IMG/VR virus record: IMGVR_UViG_3300032234_000388
Location: 134,724-198,723 of that record
Reading direction: 5' to 3' (one strand)
Origin: a virus
Lineage: Duplodnaviria; Caudoviricetes
DNA length: 64,000 bases
The notes under the pieces were generated by a model. That model was not told where the DNA came from, did not search any database, and saw only the letters and a program-made list of their open reading frames with translations. Positions 36,901 to 47,768 of the stretch are shown here, in pieces. Every line of letters begins with the position of its first letter. Positions within the stretch are counted from its first letter, which is position 1. The position numbers and the translations under genes were made by a program.

Positions 36901-39900
36901 TAGAGAATATCTATCGACCTCTACCAGCCATATTCCGCCAACTCCATCATCGATGGGTCTGTACAAAAAGTACACCCCAATGAAATTTATAGACGACACC
37001 TATGTAGAACCTAGAGAAGTTATACAAGGGCACGATGGCAGTATTACTGCTGCCTATGGCGACTATCGAGATGATTTATTATTAGAATTAGAACATAGAA
37101 TCTACAACAATATCAAGCAACAATATGATAAAACTGTCTTCGACATTGATCAAATTGTTGGCGGATATTACGGAGTAGGACTGTATAAAAAGTCTCAATT
37201 AGACAATATTGTCAATCAAGAATTTTTAAAGTGGATTCAAAACACCAATATTAATTATACTCTAAACGAGTACTTTGATACTGAAAATTCATTTACCTAT
37301 ACCTATTCTGCAATGACAGATCCTACTAAGTCTGTAAACTTGCCAGGCTATTGGAGAGGAGTATACAAGTGGTTCTACGATACAGATCGCCCACATCGTT
37401 GTCCTTGGGAAATGTTAGGTTTTTCAGAACAGCCTTCATGGTGGGAAGAAATTTATGGTCCAGCACCTTATACCAGTAACAATTTAATTCTTTGGGAAGA
37501 TCTACGTGACGGATTAATTCGACAAGGCCCTACCGCTGGTAGAATAGATAGATACAAACGTCCATCGTTGTTGGATCATATTCCGGTGGATGCAGACGGA
37601 AAATTATTAAGCCCGTTAGATTCTGCACTAGCACAAGATTTTTCTTTGATAAACAACAGAGGTCCGTTTATTCTAGGAGACATTGCCCCAGCTGAATACG
37701 CATGGAGAGCTAGCTCAGAATGGCCATTTGCTGTAATTATGGCCATGTGTCTAATGAAACCGTTTGAGTTTATTACTGACAGCTTTGATAGATCTAAAAC
37801 TGTGTTAAATCTGTTAGATCAATCGATTGATGCAGACAGTAATTTGTTCACAACTAAAAGCGATCTTACCGATAGACCATTATCAGAACCGCACGTGGGT
37901 TTATTAAAATATCTTGTTGGTTATATTAAATCTAGAGGCATTTCCGCTGATACTATTTTAGATAAAATTAGCAATTTAGATGTTGCTCTGTCTCATAGAA
38001 TGAGCGGATTTGTTGATCAACAACAACAGAAGTTTTTATTAGATTCTAAGAGCCCTTCTGCTTCTGCAGCCAGCATTTTTATTCCTCCTGAAAACTACGA
38101 CATTATTTTTAATGTTGGCGCTCCTATTGCTAGTGTAAGTTATAGTGGAGTTATACTAGAAAAAACAGAAGGCGGCTGGATAGCTACAGGATACGACGAT
38201 ATTGAGCCGTACTTTAACTATCATCAAGCCATGCCTAATCAGAAAGATCCGGTAGTATCGGTTGGCGGAGTCACTGAGGCATTTTTAGACTGGACACCAG
38301 ATAAGAGTTATAACAACGGGACTCTAGTTAGGTTTGCTACTAATTTTTACAGAGCTGTACGAACACACCGAAGCGGTGCAGACTTTGAAGCGGCTCTTTG
38401 GCAGAAATTAGGTAATATTCCTAAGATAGGCGCCATAGAAGCACTGAGAAGAAGGTCATTTAATACTCTAGCAGTAAAACGTTTAAGCTATGGTACAAAA
38501 TTGATTAGCATACAACAAGTGGTTGATTTTTTACTGGGCTATGAAAGCTATCTAAAATCTCAAGGATTTAAATTTGACAGATACGATCCAGAAAATCAAA
38601 CCAGCCAAGATTGGTTTACTTCTGTGAAAGAATTTATGTTTTGGACCAAACACAATTGGGAAATAGGAAGTTTAATTGCTCTAAGCCCTGCCGCAGAAAA
38701 AGTAGATGTTAATGTGGCTGTAGGAGTAGCAGATAATGTCCTTGATGGATTTTACGAATATCAAATACTCAAAGGCGACGGCAAGCCATTACAGCCAAGA
38801 TTTATTAACATTAATCGACAGTTTCAGAATGTTACGGTAGAGACCACCAATACTACTGATGGCATTTTCTATCTAAAATTATATTATGTACTTAAAGAAC
38901 ATGTAACAGTGTTTGACGATAGAACAGTGTTTAATGATATTATCTATGACAAGACTACAGGCTATCGTCAGAGTCGAATAAAGGTACAGGGATTCCGCAC
39001 AGTTGATTGGGACGGTGATTACACCAGCCCGGGTTTCTTGTTTGACAATGTTAACATTCAACCATGGCAACCGTTTACTGACTATCGATTAGGAGACATT
39101 GTTGCCTATAAGTCTTATAACTGGACCAGCCTTAAAAATCAATTGGGCGTAGAATCCTTTGATGAAACATTTTGGAGTATATTAGACTCAACCCCACAAA
39201 AAGAATTAATTTCAAACTTTGATTACAAAGTTAATCAATTTTCAGACTATTTTGAAGTAACATCTCAGGGTGCAGGACAAAGTCAACGAGATCTTGCTCG
39301 TCATACTCTAGGGTATCAGCAGAGAGACTATCTGCAAAATTTATCTGAAGACCCAGTAACTCAATTTCAAATTTATCAGGGATTTATTAGAGAAAAAGGT
39401 TCAGCCAATGCAATTACTAAGATTTTTAACAAACTTAGTCGTTCGGGATCCGACAGTGTAATTTTAAATGAAGAGTGGGCATTTTTAATTGGTCGAATGG
39501 GCGGCACCGATCAATTAACTGAAGTTGAAATACAAATAGAAAAAAATAAATTTGAACTCAATCCTCAGATATTTTTAATTGAGCCGGGAAGATCTACACA
39601 GGATAATGATCAAAATTACAGGTTGTCAATAACAGATTTTACCATCGCACCAATACCTTATACTACTGATATCATTCCACTGACTGTTGAAATCGCTCCA
39701 ACTGCTACTGCCGGGTATGTGACTTTAGAACAATTTGATCAAGCAGTAGTATCTAGAGAAGGGTTGACTGATCTAGACATTACCACAGTTAATGAAAATG
39801 ATCATATTTGGCTAACCTTTGATAAAGATTCGTGGAATGTATTACGAGTTAATGAAATTCTATCACTAGCAGTCACTGAAGTAATCCGTGTAGACACTAC

Positions 39901-42900
39901 AGTGGTTAGAGTAATCTTTAACAGACCGCATTCATTTGAAGCTGAGCAGTATGTAGGCTTTAGAGAAATTATTAATCTAACTGGGTTCTTTAAAATTACA
40001 GCAGTAACTAACAATACTATTGACCTTGAAGTGTCAGCAGACATCGAAAACCCAGAACTAGACACCAGTACAGTAATCAATCCACAAGGACTAACAGAAT
40101 GTAGATTTGCCAACTATGAAAGTTTAGTTGAAGGTGTAGCTGCACTTTACAAAAATGGTTCTAAACTATTCGTAGATAACAATGGTGACAATTTATGGGA
40201 AGTAATTGAAAAAACCAAACAGTTTTCAGTAAAATCAATTACTGACTACGGAACGTCTACTCCTTTAAAAACAGGCGAAAAAGTTATCTATGACAACAAT
40301 AATAGACACACTATTGTTAGTATTCCAGGATCTGGGATAGTTGTTGTTTATGCAGAAGCCGCCGATGGATTAAAATTAAAACAGATTATTTCTCCGCCTA
40401 CAGGATTCTTTGACAGTGCGTTGGGATCATTTGGTAAAAAAATGGCTATTAGTCCCGATGGAAGATATCTAGTTATTGGAGCTCCAGAAGCTAGTGGTGT
40501 AAAATCCAACTATCTAGGAGAATGGAACGCAGGAGTATTTTACCAGCAAGACGATATAGTATTATACGCCGGCAGACTGTGGAAAGCTAAAAATCGAAAT
40601 TCAGCAATGCCCGACGGAAGTACAGAAATAACCATTAATACAGACGATTGGGAATTAGCTACAAGTATTCCTGCATTAACCTCGGGAAGAAGTGCGGGAC
40701 TATTTGAGCAAGGAATGATAGCTATCTACAAATATGCTAACGGTAGATATATTATTGACAGCGCCTATGCAAGCCCACGTCCTACAGACAACGAACGATT
40801 TGGTTCAGAAATAGCCATAGGGGTCAGCGGAAACAATTACTATCTTACTGTGTCAGCAGTAGGCTCATATAATAACACAGGCAGAGTTTATCTTTATAAA
40901 TTTAACGGAACATCGTGGAATCATCTTGAAAATAATAGATACAAAGGCATATACGACTTAACCACTTCATACTATTCTGGAGACATTGTGTGGCAAGCTG
41001 CACAAGATCCTATAGCAGAAGGAGTTCGAGGTAATCTTTGGACATCACTAGAAGATTCAACATCAGATGGTAGTACACTTACAATAGAATCCGAAGGCTG
41101 GTTAAAAATTAGTCCAGTATCTACACATTGTTCGTTGCCAACAAATATTTCTGTAGAGGACGACGGATCCACATTAGAATTTGCCTACACGGGATTGCTA
41201 TCAGACACGCAGATGGCAGAGCTTGTAAAGGCTGGCGATCAGTTTGGATTTAGTATGGCCATGAATGTTGACGGTAGTATTTTAGTCATAGGTGCTCCTG
41301 ATGCCGACGGACAATATTTTGCAAACTATAGAGGATTATGGAGACCAGATGTTGAATACATTGAAGGTGAAGTAGTTCGATTCCAAGGATCACCGGGCGA
41401 CGGATATCAGTACTATAGATTGGGAGACGAGTATCTAGGAGCCGACTCTACATATAGAAGTTTTAACGAAGATCCATCAGATAGTGTTAACTGGCAGGTA
41501 GTAGGAGATAGCACCACACAGTCTTCTGGAAAAATATATGTCTACAAGAGAAACGAAGCAGACATCTATGAACTAACACAAATGATTAATGCAGGATCAA
41601 TAGTTTCATTCTCTGCAGTAGACTCCGGAATAGTAGTTACTACAGGAGATCAGTTTGGGTATTCTATGGATATAGATGCCGCTGGAAACACGTTAGTTGT
41701 GTCTAGTCCTCGAGCAGATATAAATTCTCAGGATCAGGGTTCAGTATATGTGCTGGAATTAAACGCAGATACTACCGAGTTTATAGTTCAACAAAAACTC
41801 GAAAGTTATGAAACATATGCAGATGAATATTTTGGTTTTGGAATTTCTATTAGCCCTAACGGCGAAAAGATTGCAGTGGGCGCAAGAAATAGCTTTAGCA
41901 ACTTACCTATAACATTTGATATACTATCTGGAACCAGCTTTGATAACAATAGAACTTTCTTCTCCAGTCCGCAAGGCTTCACAGGCGGAGTATATGTATT
42001 TGATAAAAAAGGACAGACATTCTTTATTACTGAAAAATTACAGGCAGTGCTTTCGCCTGACGAGGCTTTTGGATTTAGTGTAGATTGTGTAGGAGACTAT
42101 ATAGCAGTCGGATCTCCGTTCTATCGAGCCCCAGTAATTCGTGCAGACGATACCACAGTTTATGAAGGCAATTTTATAGGTAATCTAAGACTTTTTGTAA
42201 AAGACCCAAATTCAGAATCCTGGAACACACTGAGTTCTCAACAACCTGTTACTGATCTAAGAAAGATCAGAAGCATTGAGCTCTACGACAACGTTAATAA
42301 TATTAAGATACAAGATGTTGACTATGTAGATCCAGCCAAAGGAAAAATACTTAACATTGCAGAACAAGAGCTTAAATTTAAAACACCGTATGACCCAGCG
42401 GTATATACCGTAGGCACAGAAGAAGTTGTAGTTGATGCTCCTATCGCTTGGTATGAAAAAAATGTAGGCAAGCTGTGGTGGAATACCAATACTGCTAAGT
42501 GGTTGTATGCAGAACAAGGCGACATTGCTTATAGACAAGGAAATTGGAACACACTAGCAGCAGGCGCTAGTATTGATATCTATGAATGGGTAGGCACACC
42601 GTTATTGCCTAGCGAATGGGCTGCACTAGCAGATACCAATGAAGGTACAGTGCTAGGCATTTCAGGACAGCCTCTTTATCCTAATGACGACGTATACAGC
42701 ATTAAACAATTTTTTAATTCAACTACCGGTGCTGTTTCAGAAACCGTATATTATTACTGGGTTAAAAATAAAGCAGTAGTGCCTACAAACATGCCTGATC
42801 GTATTCGATCAGCAGCTGAAGTTGCCTTACTTATAGCTAATCCTGTGGGCACCGGAATAGCATTTATTGCACTGGTCGACACAGACAAGTTTATTACTTA

Positions 42901-45900
42901 TAACTTTCAGTCAGCGATTTCTACAGATACTGCATTGTTAAACATTAAATTTAGAAACGATTTAAAACCATTAAATCCTATACACAGCGAATATCAACTG
43001 TTAACTGAAGATGTAGCAGATAGTCTTCCCGTAGAAAAATTAGAAAATAAATGGATTGACAGTCTAGTAGGATCTGATCTACAAGGTAATCGCGTCCCCG
43101 ACACCAATCTGCCTGCTAAACAAAAATACGGAATTAGCTTTAGACCACGTCAGGGTATGTTTGTTGATAGATTGTCTGCACTAAAATTAGCAATCGTTAG
43201 AATTAACGACATTTTACGAAAAGACCCGTTCGTTGACACAGTCAACTTTACTAATCTAAATTTAGTAGATAACTTCCCAGACCCGATATTAAATTTATAC
43301 GATGTTACAGTAGATAATGAAATTGACCTACAGGCAGTCGGTACAGTTAGAACTAAACAAGCTGTTCTAAAAGCCAACATAGTTAATGGAGAATTAGATA
43401 CTATCGACATTATCGATCCTGGGTTCGGATATAGAACTGTCCCCCCAGTGGTAATTGAGGGCGACGGCATAGGTGCTCAAGCCAAAGTCACTATAGATAA
43501 TCAAGGTAGAATATCTTCAGTCACAGTTACGGCTAGAGGTAAGAAATATAATATCCTAAATATAATTGTAAGATACTTTGCAGTGCTGGTTAGAAATGAT
43601 TCAACCATTGATAATTTCTGGAGCATTTATTCTTGGGATGACATTCGTCGAACCTTCTTCCGTAGTCAGTCTCAGGCATTTGATACTACAAAATATTGGT
43701 CATACATTGATTGGTGGAAATCAGGATACAGTGAAAACACTAGAATTACTAGAGAACTATTAAGCATCTATCAAGAATCTGAGTACACAGTGTTAGTTGG
43801 CGACCTAATTAAAATCAAAGAATATACTTCGGGTGGTTGGGCAGTATTTGAAAAAATCTCTGACATTGGAGACACTTTTATAGATCGTTATGCAATGGTA
43901 GGTAGAAAAGATGGAACTATAGAATTAGATGCTTCTATCTATGACACCAGAGTGTATGGTATAGGATTCGATAACACACAGAGTTTTGACAATGCTACTT
44001 ATGACATTGAAAATTCTAAAGAATTAAGAAATATTCTTCGAGCAATGAAAGAAGACTTCTTTATAGGAGACCATGCAGTTGAATGGAATAAACTGTTTTT
44101 CTCTAGCATAAGATATGTTCTGGCTGAACAGCAGTATGTCGATTGGGTATTTAAAACTAGTTTTTTAAATGCTACACATAATGTAGGTCCGTTGGAGCAA
44201 AAATCAAACTATAAAAACGACAATCTTGAAAGTTATCAAGATTATATCAATGAGGTAAAACCTTTTAGAACCACAGTTCGAGAATATACAAGTCGATATA
44301 ACAATATAGAATCTTATGGTTCTGCCGTAGCAGATTTTGATTTACCCCCAGCATACAATATATTAGAAGGTAAAGTATCGCCGGTTAATGAATCTAATGA
44401 ATTAATACAATCCTATCCTTGGAAATGGTGGCTGGATAATAACGGTTATTCTGTTAGCGCAATTGAAGTGTCAGTTGGCGGCACAGACTACAGAACTCCT
44501 CCTAAAGTACTAATAGAAGGCGACGGCACAGGGGCTACCGCTCGTGCGTTTGTCAACAACGGCAGAGTTAGTGGAATTGTTGTTTTAACAGAAGGTACAG
44601 GCTACACCCGTGCTCCAACAATAACTTTAGTTGGAGGAAATCCTTCTACATCAACACAAGCTCGAGCAGTTGCAATATTAAAAAATTCTAAAGCAAGGAC
44701 ATTTAATTTAACTGTTAAATTTGACAGAACTTCTAAAACAGGAGATTATGTAAATTATGAACAGTCTCAGACTTTTGTTGCTTCTGGATTAACTGCTATA
44801 TTTGATCTAAATTATGCTCCTACTAGAGATAAGACTAAAATTTCTATATTGAAAAATGGTCAAGTAGTATTAGGTGGTGATTACACTGTTAGTTTGTATT
44901 ATTCCTCAGCAGACGGGTACACTCTTCTTAAAGGAAAAATAAGATTTATTCAAACCCCACTAGCAGGCGATGTTATAGATATAGTCTACGAAAAGAATAC
45001 TGATTTATTAAATGCTGTTAATAGAATAGATAGATTTTATAATCCTGGTTCGGGAATGGCTGGTAAAGAACTTAATCAATTAATGACAGGAATTGACTTT
45101 GGAGGAGTGCAGATCCAAGGCACAACCTTTGATGTAACAGGCGGCTGGGATGCCTTACCATGGTTCACGGATAACTGGGACAGTGTAGAAGCCAGTTCTG
45201 ATTATTACCATGTTTGTGATGGTAGTACCACTGATGTAACATTACCTTATGTGCCCGCGGTTGGTCAACAGATCAATATCTATCTAAAACGAGTAGTTCC
45301 AGCCGTGCCACAGAACATTGACACATTTGGACCAGATAATGCTCCGGTTGTTGTATCAACTGGATCTGATGCCGGAATAACAATAATTAGAATTGACGAT
45401 CCTAACTACACCAATGCTTGGGATTCGTCAGTAGCAACTAATCCAAATGCTCAAATGCCAACTTTTGTTGGTGATGGAATTAACAGAGTTGTGCCTATTG
45501 GTATATACTTTAGTACAAGTGATGGTGATATTTTAATCTTCCGCCCTATAGAAAGCGACGGATCGGTAACTATCACAGATGAAAATTTATTAGATACCAG
45601 AATAAGTGGCGGCTCACTGTCTGCTATTGACCAAGCCTATGTCACGGCTACTGGAACTACTGCAGAAGAAATAGCTATTACCGGCGGTAAGTTTATCGAA
45701 CCAGACCATGTGCCTGCTCCAGAGGAAAATATTCCTGGACAAGTAATGGAAAGCGTGAGTATCAGAGTCTATAACAATACTGTTTCTGGTTCTGCTCCGT
45801 TGCAATCTAAAATTAATAAAGGCAACGGAACAACCACAGTATATGATATTGGACAACGAGTAATAGAAAATAAATCTGTTTTTGTTTATGTAGATAAAAT

Positions 45901-47761
45901 TAAAAAAATTCTAGGAACAGACTACCAATTAGATTTAAACAACTACACAGTTATATTTGAAACAGCTCCTGCAGGCGATACCACTATAGAAATCCTTTCT
46001 ATAGGGGTTGGAGGAATTGGAATTCTTGACTATCAAGAATTTATAGCCGATGGCACAACTACGTTATTCTTAACTAATGCAAACTACGACTCAACCTCGT
46101 CAATATTTGTCACAGTAAACGGAGAGTTCTATGATGCAGGATTTAAAAACAGCACAGATGTAATTGATGCTGTAGGTAAAACACTTGTTGAATTTGGATT
46201 TTTCCCTGCCGAGGGCGATGTAATAAAAATAATCTGCCTCGAAGCTGCTGCAGACGTAGATTCATCTGGACTAGCAGTTATTAAAGTTAATACACAGACT
46301 GTATACTTTGAGGGAAGCACTAGAAGTTTTGAGTTAGATAATTTTGTTGAGTTGTCTAGGGGTTCGGCAAGAAACTCTATGATAGTTGAAGTTGACGGTA
46401 AAGTGCTCAAAGGAGCAGATACTACTTATTCTACATACAATGGAAATAATAATACATTTACACTAGGCCTAGATCCTTTAGAATCAGGTGGAACAATTTT
46501 ACCTAGCAATGTCAAGGTATATATTAATAATATTCTAAAGCAGTTTGTAGTTGATTATATTTTTGATGGCCCAACTAAACTAATTACAATCTATCCAAGT
46601 CGATTGTCTGTAGGTGATATTATAAAGATTGAAAATGATTTTAGAGCAGAATATTCTGTAAACAGCAGCAATCTTATAATTTCTGCAGATTATCCAATGA
46701 CTAGCAACAATGAGTCTGATAATGTAAAAATAGATATTACTTGGTTTGGTGAATATCCTTCCTTTGATGTTATTTCAGATCAAAAATCTGGAGGCAAAGT
46801 GCAGTATCAACTGTCAAGGCCTCCTATTTCAGACAGCTATGTATGGGTTTATAAAAACGGTGTAAGATTGACTCAAGACAAAGAATACTATGTTTCCGTT
46901 CCAAGAAATGTAATATATCTCAATGTACCGTCGACTACTGCCGATGATATTAAAACTATAACATTTACTGCCGAAATATTTAGATTGCCTAGCGCCTATG
47001 AAATTCACAAAGATATGCTGAATATTTTCCATTTTAACAGATTTTCTAAAGGTACAGTTGTGTTAGCAGCAGCACTTAATTATTACGATACTTCGATCTT
47101 AGTAAATGATGCTTCTGCCTTAACAGTGCCGCTCCCGCAGAAAAATCAACCTGGAATTGTTTACATTTCTGGAGAAAGAATTGAATATTTGGTCAAGCAG
47201 GGCAATGTACTAGGACAACTAAGAAGAGGTACGCAGGGTACTGCTATAGGAGAAACCTATGATATCGGTACATCAGTAGTTAATATTAGCTACGAAGATC
47301 GAATACCTTATAACGAAACGCAAGAAAGGACAGATTTTGTCAGTGACGGCAGTACTTTGTTAGTAGGTCCATTAGATTTTATACCTGCAATAGGCTCAAG
47401 AAATTCCTGGACAACCACAACCATTCCTGCAGAATATGGAGCTTGTGATCAAATTGAAGTGTTTGCTGCTGGACGCAGACTGCGTAAAGATCCTGTTGCA
47501 GTGTGGGTCGAAGATAACGGAGCTAGTAGCCCATCAGCAGACGAAATACGTGAAGCAGAATTTTCAGTAGATGGCGTGTCAGCATACTTGCGTTTAACAG
47601 AACCGTTGCCTGCAGGGACAAGAATAACAATAGTAAAACGAGTAGGAAAAACATGGTATGATAGAGGGTCAGCAACAGCTACAAGTGGTGTAACTCTATT
47701 AGAAAATGTCACACCTATAGCTAAATTCATAGCTGAGAAGACCACAAGTATACCTGAATAA
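33911..47761 (+). CDS. Giant baseplate wedge-associated structural protein (gp7 position), 4616 aa
   Basis: Follows gp6; LLPVVFQT N-terminus, YINEVKPFRT motif, FG-GAP-type propeller blades, CBM5/12-like modules and beta-sandwich repeats. Confidence 0.75.
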   Translation: MADKKFPKSGLPIRRSVELLPVVFQTEANDKFLSGVLDPLVQPGVLDKVVGYVGRRQGKTYIGSDVYVDTDDTLRSRYQLEPGIIYRNGDKIENFYDYIDFKNQLKFFGNNDNRDDKIVNQEHYSWNPPIDWDKFINYREYFWTPNGPPDIPVFGQNAGVASTYKVILGATKNSFVFTPDSYTNNPTITLYRGQTYKFKINAPGEGFAIKTNYDTGSLLFRPFDQYFAGDLTVYDGKLFRAKQNIPVADGSSITLDSQDWEYLEPASVGTALDYNKGVTNNGTENGTLTFEVPYDAPSTLYYQGLITPDCFGRFIIADIEENTKIDVEKEIVGKSSYTSANGIEFTNGLVVEFRGMVTPEKYSNNTWLVEGVGRAITLTKFADLIVPQLSGAEVPEILFDNDGFDTQPFDDAASFPTYKDYITIARDSLDANPWSRYNRWFHRSVLEKAYKLRGDDFPAPESARAKRPIIEFAANLQLFNHGAAAKQTVDFIDNSTADIFSTIEGSIGYNVDGENLFEGARLLVIADTDPLANNKIYEVKFIRHINSIQIHLQETDDTVSNLNEGVLVRRGTRNGGKMFYFNGTSWLPSQAKLTANQPPLFDAFDKNGVSFADPQTYPTSTFLGTKLLSYKVGNGRIDSELGFSLSYLNIDNVGDIEFNWDWDTEVVNYTIARQPQAVKISTGYYKFYLNTVYDNAWLLMNDQFLQPIIDSQIVVNNTNTVTFNTIDWIALTEEPIINVYVNGVPYVNSYTRNQGTFTFSSQLSAKDVVVLKIITDIEPDQGYYEIPVGLEKNPFNDPLQSFTLGQSVDHITTALEFNTTVVGSTPGNSNLRDISGYQVNAKRFVKHSGLAPLAIMTLCDKTYNIVKSIQYAKKAYTDFKNNFINRAAEIDYNDNVADFVDDIINSLTKTKTDNSPFYDTDMIGAGAYNKISYVVEDTGIKTFSLSEKFDLKTLTKRAVYVYVNDQQLLNTQQYIFDSTFGFVTLLVDFVEGDTVEIREYLSTSTSHIPPTPSSMGLYKKYTPMKFIDDTYVEPREVIQGHDGSITAAYGDYRDDLLLELEHRIYNNIKQQYDKTVFDIDQIVGGYYGVGLYKKSQLDNIVNQEFLKWIQNTNINYTLNEYFDTENSFTYTYSAMTDPTKSVNLPGYWRGVYKWFYDTDRPHRCPWEMLGFSEQPSWWEEIYGPAPYTSNNLILWEDLRDGLIRQGPTAGRIDRYKRPSLLDHIPVDADGKLLSPLDSALAQDFSLINNRGPFILGDIAPAEYAWRASSEWPFAVIMAMCLMKPFEFITDSFDRSKTVLNLLDQSIDADSNLFTTKSDLTDRPLSEPHVGLLKYLVGYIKSRGISADTILDKISNLDVALSHRMSGFVDQQQQKFLLDSKSPSASAASIFIPPENYDIIFNVGAPIASVSYSGVILEKTEGGWIATGYDDIEPYFNYHQAMPNQKDPVVSVGGVTEAFLDWTPDKSYNNGTLVRFATNFYRAVRTHRSGADFEAALWQKLGNIPKIGAIEALRRRSFNTLAVKRLSYGTKLISIQQVVDFLLGYESYLKSQGFKFDRYDPENQTSQDWFTSVKEFMFWTKHNWEIGSLIALSPAAEKVDVNVAVGVADNVLDGFYEYQILKGDGKPLQPRFININRQFQNVTVETTNTTDGIFYLKLYYVLKEHVTVFDDRTVFNDIIYDKTTGYRQSRIKVQGFRTVDWDGDYTSPGFLFDNVNIQPWQPFTDYRLGDIVAYKSYNWTSLKNQLGVESFDETFWSILDSTPQKELISNFDYKVNQFSDYFEVTSQGAGQSQRDLARHTLGYQQRDYLQNLSEDPVTQFQIYQGFIREKGSANAITKIFNKLSRSGSDSVILNEEWAFLIGRMGGTDQLTEVEIQIEKNKFELNPQIFLIEPGRSTQDNDQNYRLSITDFTIAPIPYTTDIIPLTVEIAPTATAGYVTLEQFDQAVVSREGLTDLDITTVNENDHIWLTFDKDSWNVLRVNEILSLAVTEVIRVDTTVVRVIFNRPHSFEAEQYVGFREIINLTGFFKITAVTNNTIDLEVSADIENPELDTSTVINPQGLTECRFANYESLVEGVAALYKNGSKLFVDNNGDNLWEVIEKTKQFSVKSITDYGTSTPLKTGEKVIYDNNNRHTIVSIPGSGIVVVYAEAADGLKLKQIISPPTGFFDSALGSFGKKMAISPDGRYLVIGAPEASGVKSNYLGEWNAGVFYQQDDIVLYAGRLWKAKNRNSAMPDGSTEITINTDDWELATSIPALTSGRSAGLFEQGMIAIYKYANGRYIIDSAYASPRPTDNERFGSEIAIGVSGNNYYLTVSAVGSYNNTGRVYLYKFNGTSWNHLENNRYKGIYDLTTSYYSGDIVWQAAQDPIAEGVRGNLWTSLEDSTSDGSTLTIESEGWLKISPVSTHCSLPTNISVEDDGSTLEFAYTGLLSDTQMAELVKAGDQFGFSMAMNVDGSILVIGAPDADGQYFANYRGLWRPDVEYIEGEVVRFQGSPGDGYQYYRLGDEYLGADSTYRSFNEDPSDSVNWQVVGDSTTQSSGKIYVYKRNEADIYELTQMINAGSIVSFSAVDSGIVVTTGDQFGYSMDIDAAGNTLVVSSPRADINSQDQGSVYVLELNADTTEFIVQQKLESYETYADEYFGFGISISPNGEKIAVGARNSFSNLPITFDILSGTSFDNNRTFFSSPQGFTGGVYVFDKKGQTFFITEKLQAVLSPDEAFGFSVDCVGDYIAVGSPFYRAPVIRADDTTVYEGNFIGNLRLFVKDPNSESWNTLSSQQPVTDLRKIRSIELYDNVNNIKIQDVDYVDPAKGKILNIAEQELKFKTPYDPAVYTVGTEEVVVDAPIAWYEKNVGKLWWNTNTAKWLYAEQGDIAYRQGNWNTLAAGASIDIYEWVGTPLLPSEWAALADTNEGTVLGISGQPLYPNDDVYSIKQFFNSTTGAVSETVYYYWVKNKAVVPTNMPDRIRSAAEVALLIANPVGTGIAFIALVDTDKFITYNFQSAISTDTALLNIKFRNDLKPLNPIHSEYQLLTEDVADSLPVEKLENKWIDSLVGSDLQGNRVPDTNLPAKQKYGISFRPRQGMFVDRLSALKLAIVRINDILRKDPFVDTVNFTNLNLVDNFPDPILNLYDVTVDNEIDLQAVGTVRTKQAVLKANIVNGELDTIDIIDPGFGYRTVPPVVIEGDGIGAQAKVTIDNQGRISSVTVTARGKKYNILNIIVRYFAVLVRNDSTIDNFWSIYSWDDIRRTFFRSQSQAFDTTKYWSYIDWWKSGYSENTRITRELLSIYQESEYTVLVGDLIKIKEYTSGGWAVFEKISDIGDTFIDRYAMVGRKDGTIELDASIYDTRVYGIGFDNTQSFDNATYDIENSKELRNILRAMKEDFFIGDHAVEWNKLFFSSIRYVLAEQQYVDWVFKTSFLNATHNVGPLEQKSNYKNDNLESYQDYINEVKPFRTTVREYTSRYNNIESYGSAVADFDLPPAYNILEGKVSPVNESNELIQSYPWKWWLDNNGYSVSAIEVSVGGTDYRTPPKVLIEGDGTGATARAFVNNGRVSGIVVLTEGTGYTRAPTITLVGGNPSTSTQARAVAILKNSKARTFNLTVKFDRTSKTGDYVNYEQSQTFVASGLTAIFDLNYAPTRDKTKISILKNGQVVLGGDYTVSLYYSSADGYTLLKGKIRFIQTPLAGDVIDIVYEKNTDLLNAVNRIDRFYNPGSGMAGKELNQLMTGIDFGGVQIQGTTFDVTGGWDALPWFTDNWDSVEASSDYYHVCDGSTTDVTLPYVPAVGQQINIYLKRVVPAVPQNIDTFGPDNAPVVVSTGSDAGITIIRIDDPNYTNAWDSSVATNPNAQMPTFVGDGINRVVPIGIYFSTSDGDILIFRPIESDGSVTITDENLLDTRISGGSLSAIDQAYVTATGTTAEEIAITGGKFIEPDHVPAPEENIPGQVMESVSIRVYNNTVSGSAPLQSKINKGNGTTTVYDIGQRVIENKSVFVYVDKIKKILGTDYQLDLNNYTVIFETAPAGDTTIEILSIGVGGIGILDYQEFIADGTTTLFLTNANYDSTSSIFVTVNGEFYDAGFKNSTDVIDAVGKTLVEFGFFPAEGDVIKIICLEAAADVDSSGLAVIKVNTQTVYFEGSTRSFELDNFVELSRGSARNSMIVEVDGKVLKGADTTYSTYNGNNNTFTLGLDPLESGGTILPSNVKVYINNILKQFVVDYIFDGPTKLITIYPSRLSVGDIIKIENDFRAEYSVNSSNLIISADYPMTSNNESDNVKIDITWFGEYPSFDVISDQKSGGKVQYQLSRPPISDSYVWVYKNGVRLTQDKEYYVSVPRNVIYLNVPSTTADDIKTITFTAEIFRLPSAYEIHKDMLNIFHFNRFSKGTVVLAAALNYYDTSILVNDASALTVPLPQKNQPGIVYISGERIEYLVKQGNVLGQLRRGTQGTAIGETYDIGTSVVNISYEDRIPYNETQERTDFVSDGSTLLVGPLDFIPAIGSRNSWTTTTIPAEYGACDQIEVFAAGRRLRKDPVAVWVEDNGASSPSADEIREAEFSVDGVSAYLRLTEPLPAGTRITIVKRVGKTWYDRGSATATSGVTLLENVTPIAKFIAEKTTSIPE

Positions 47762-47768
47762 ATACACT

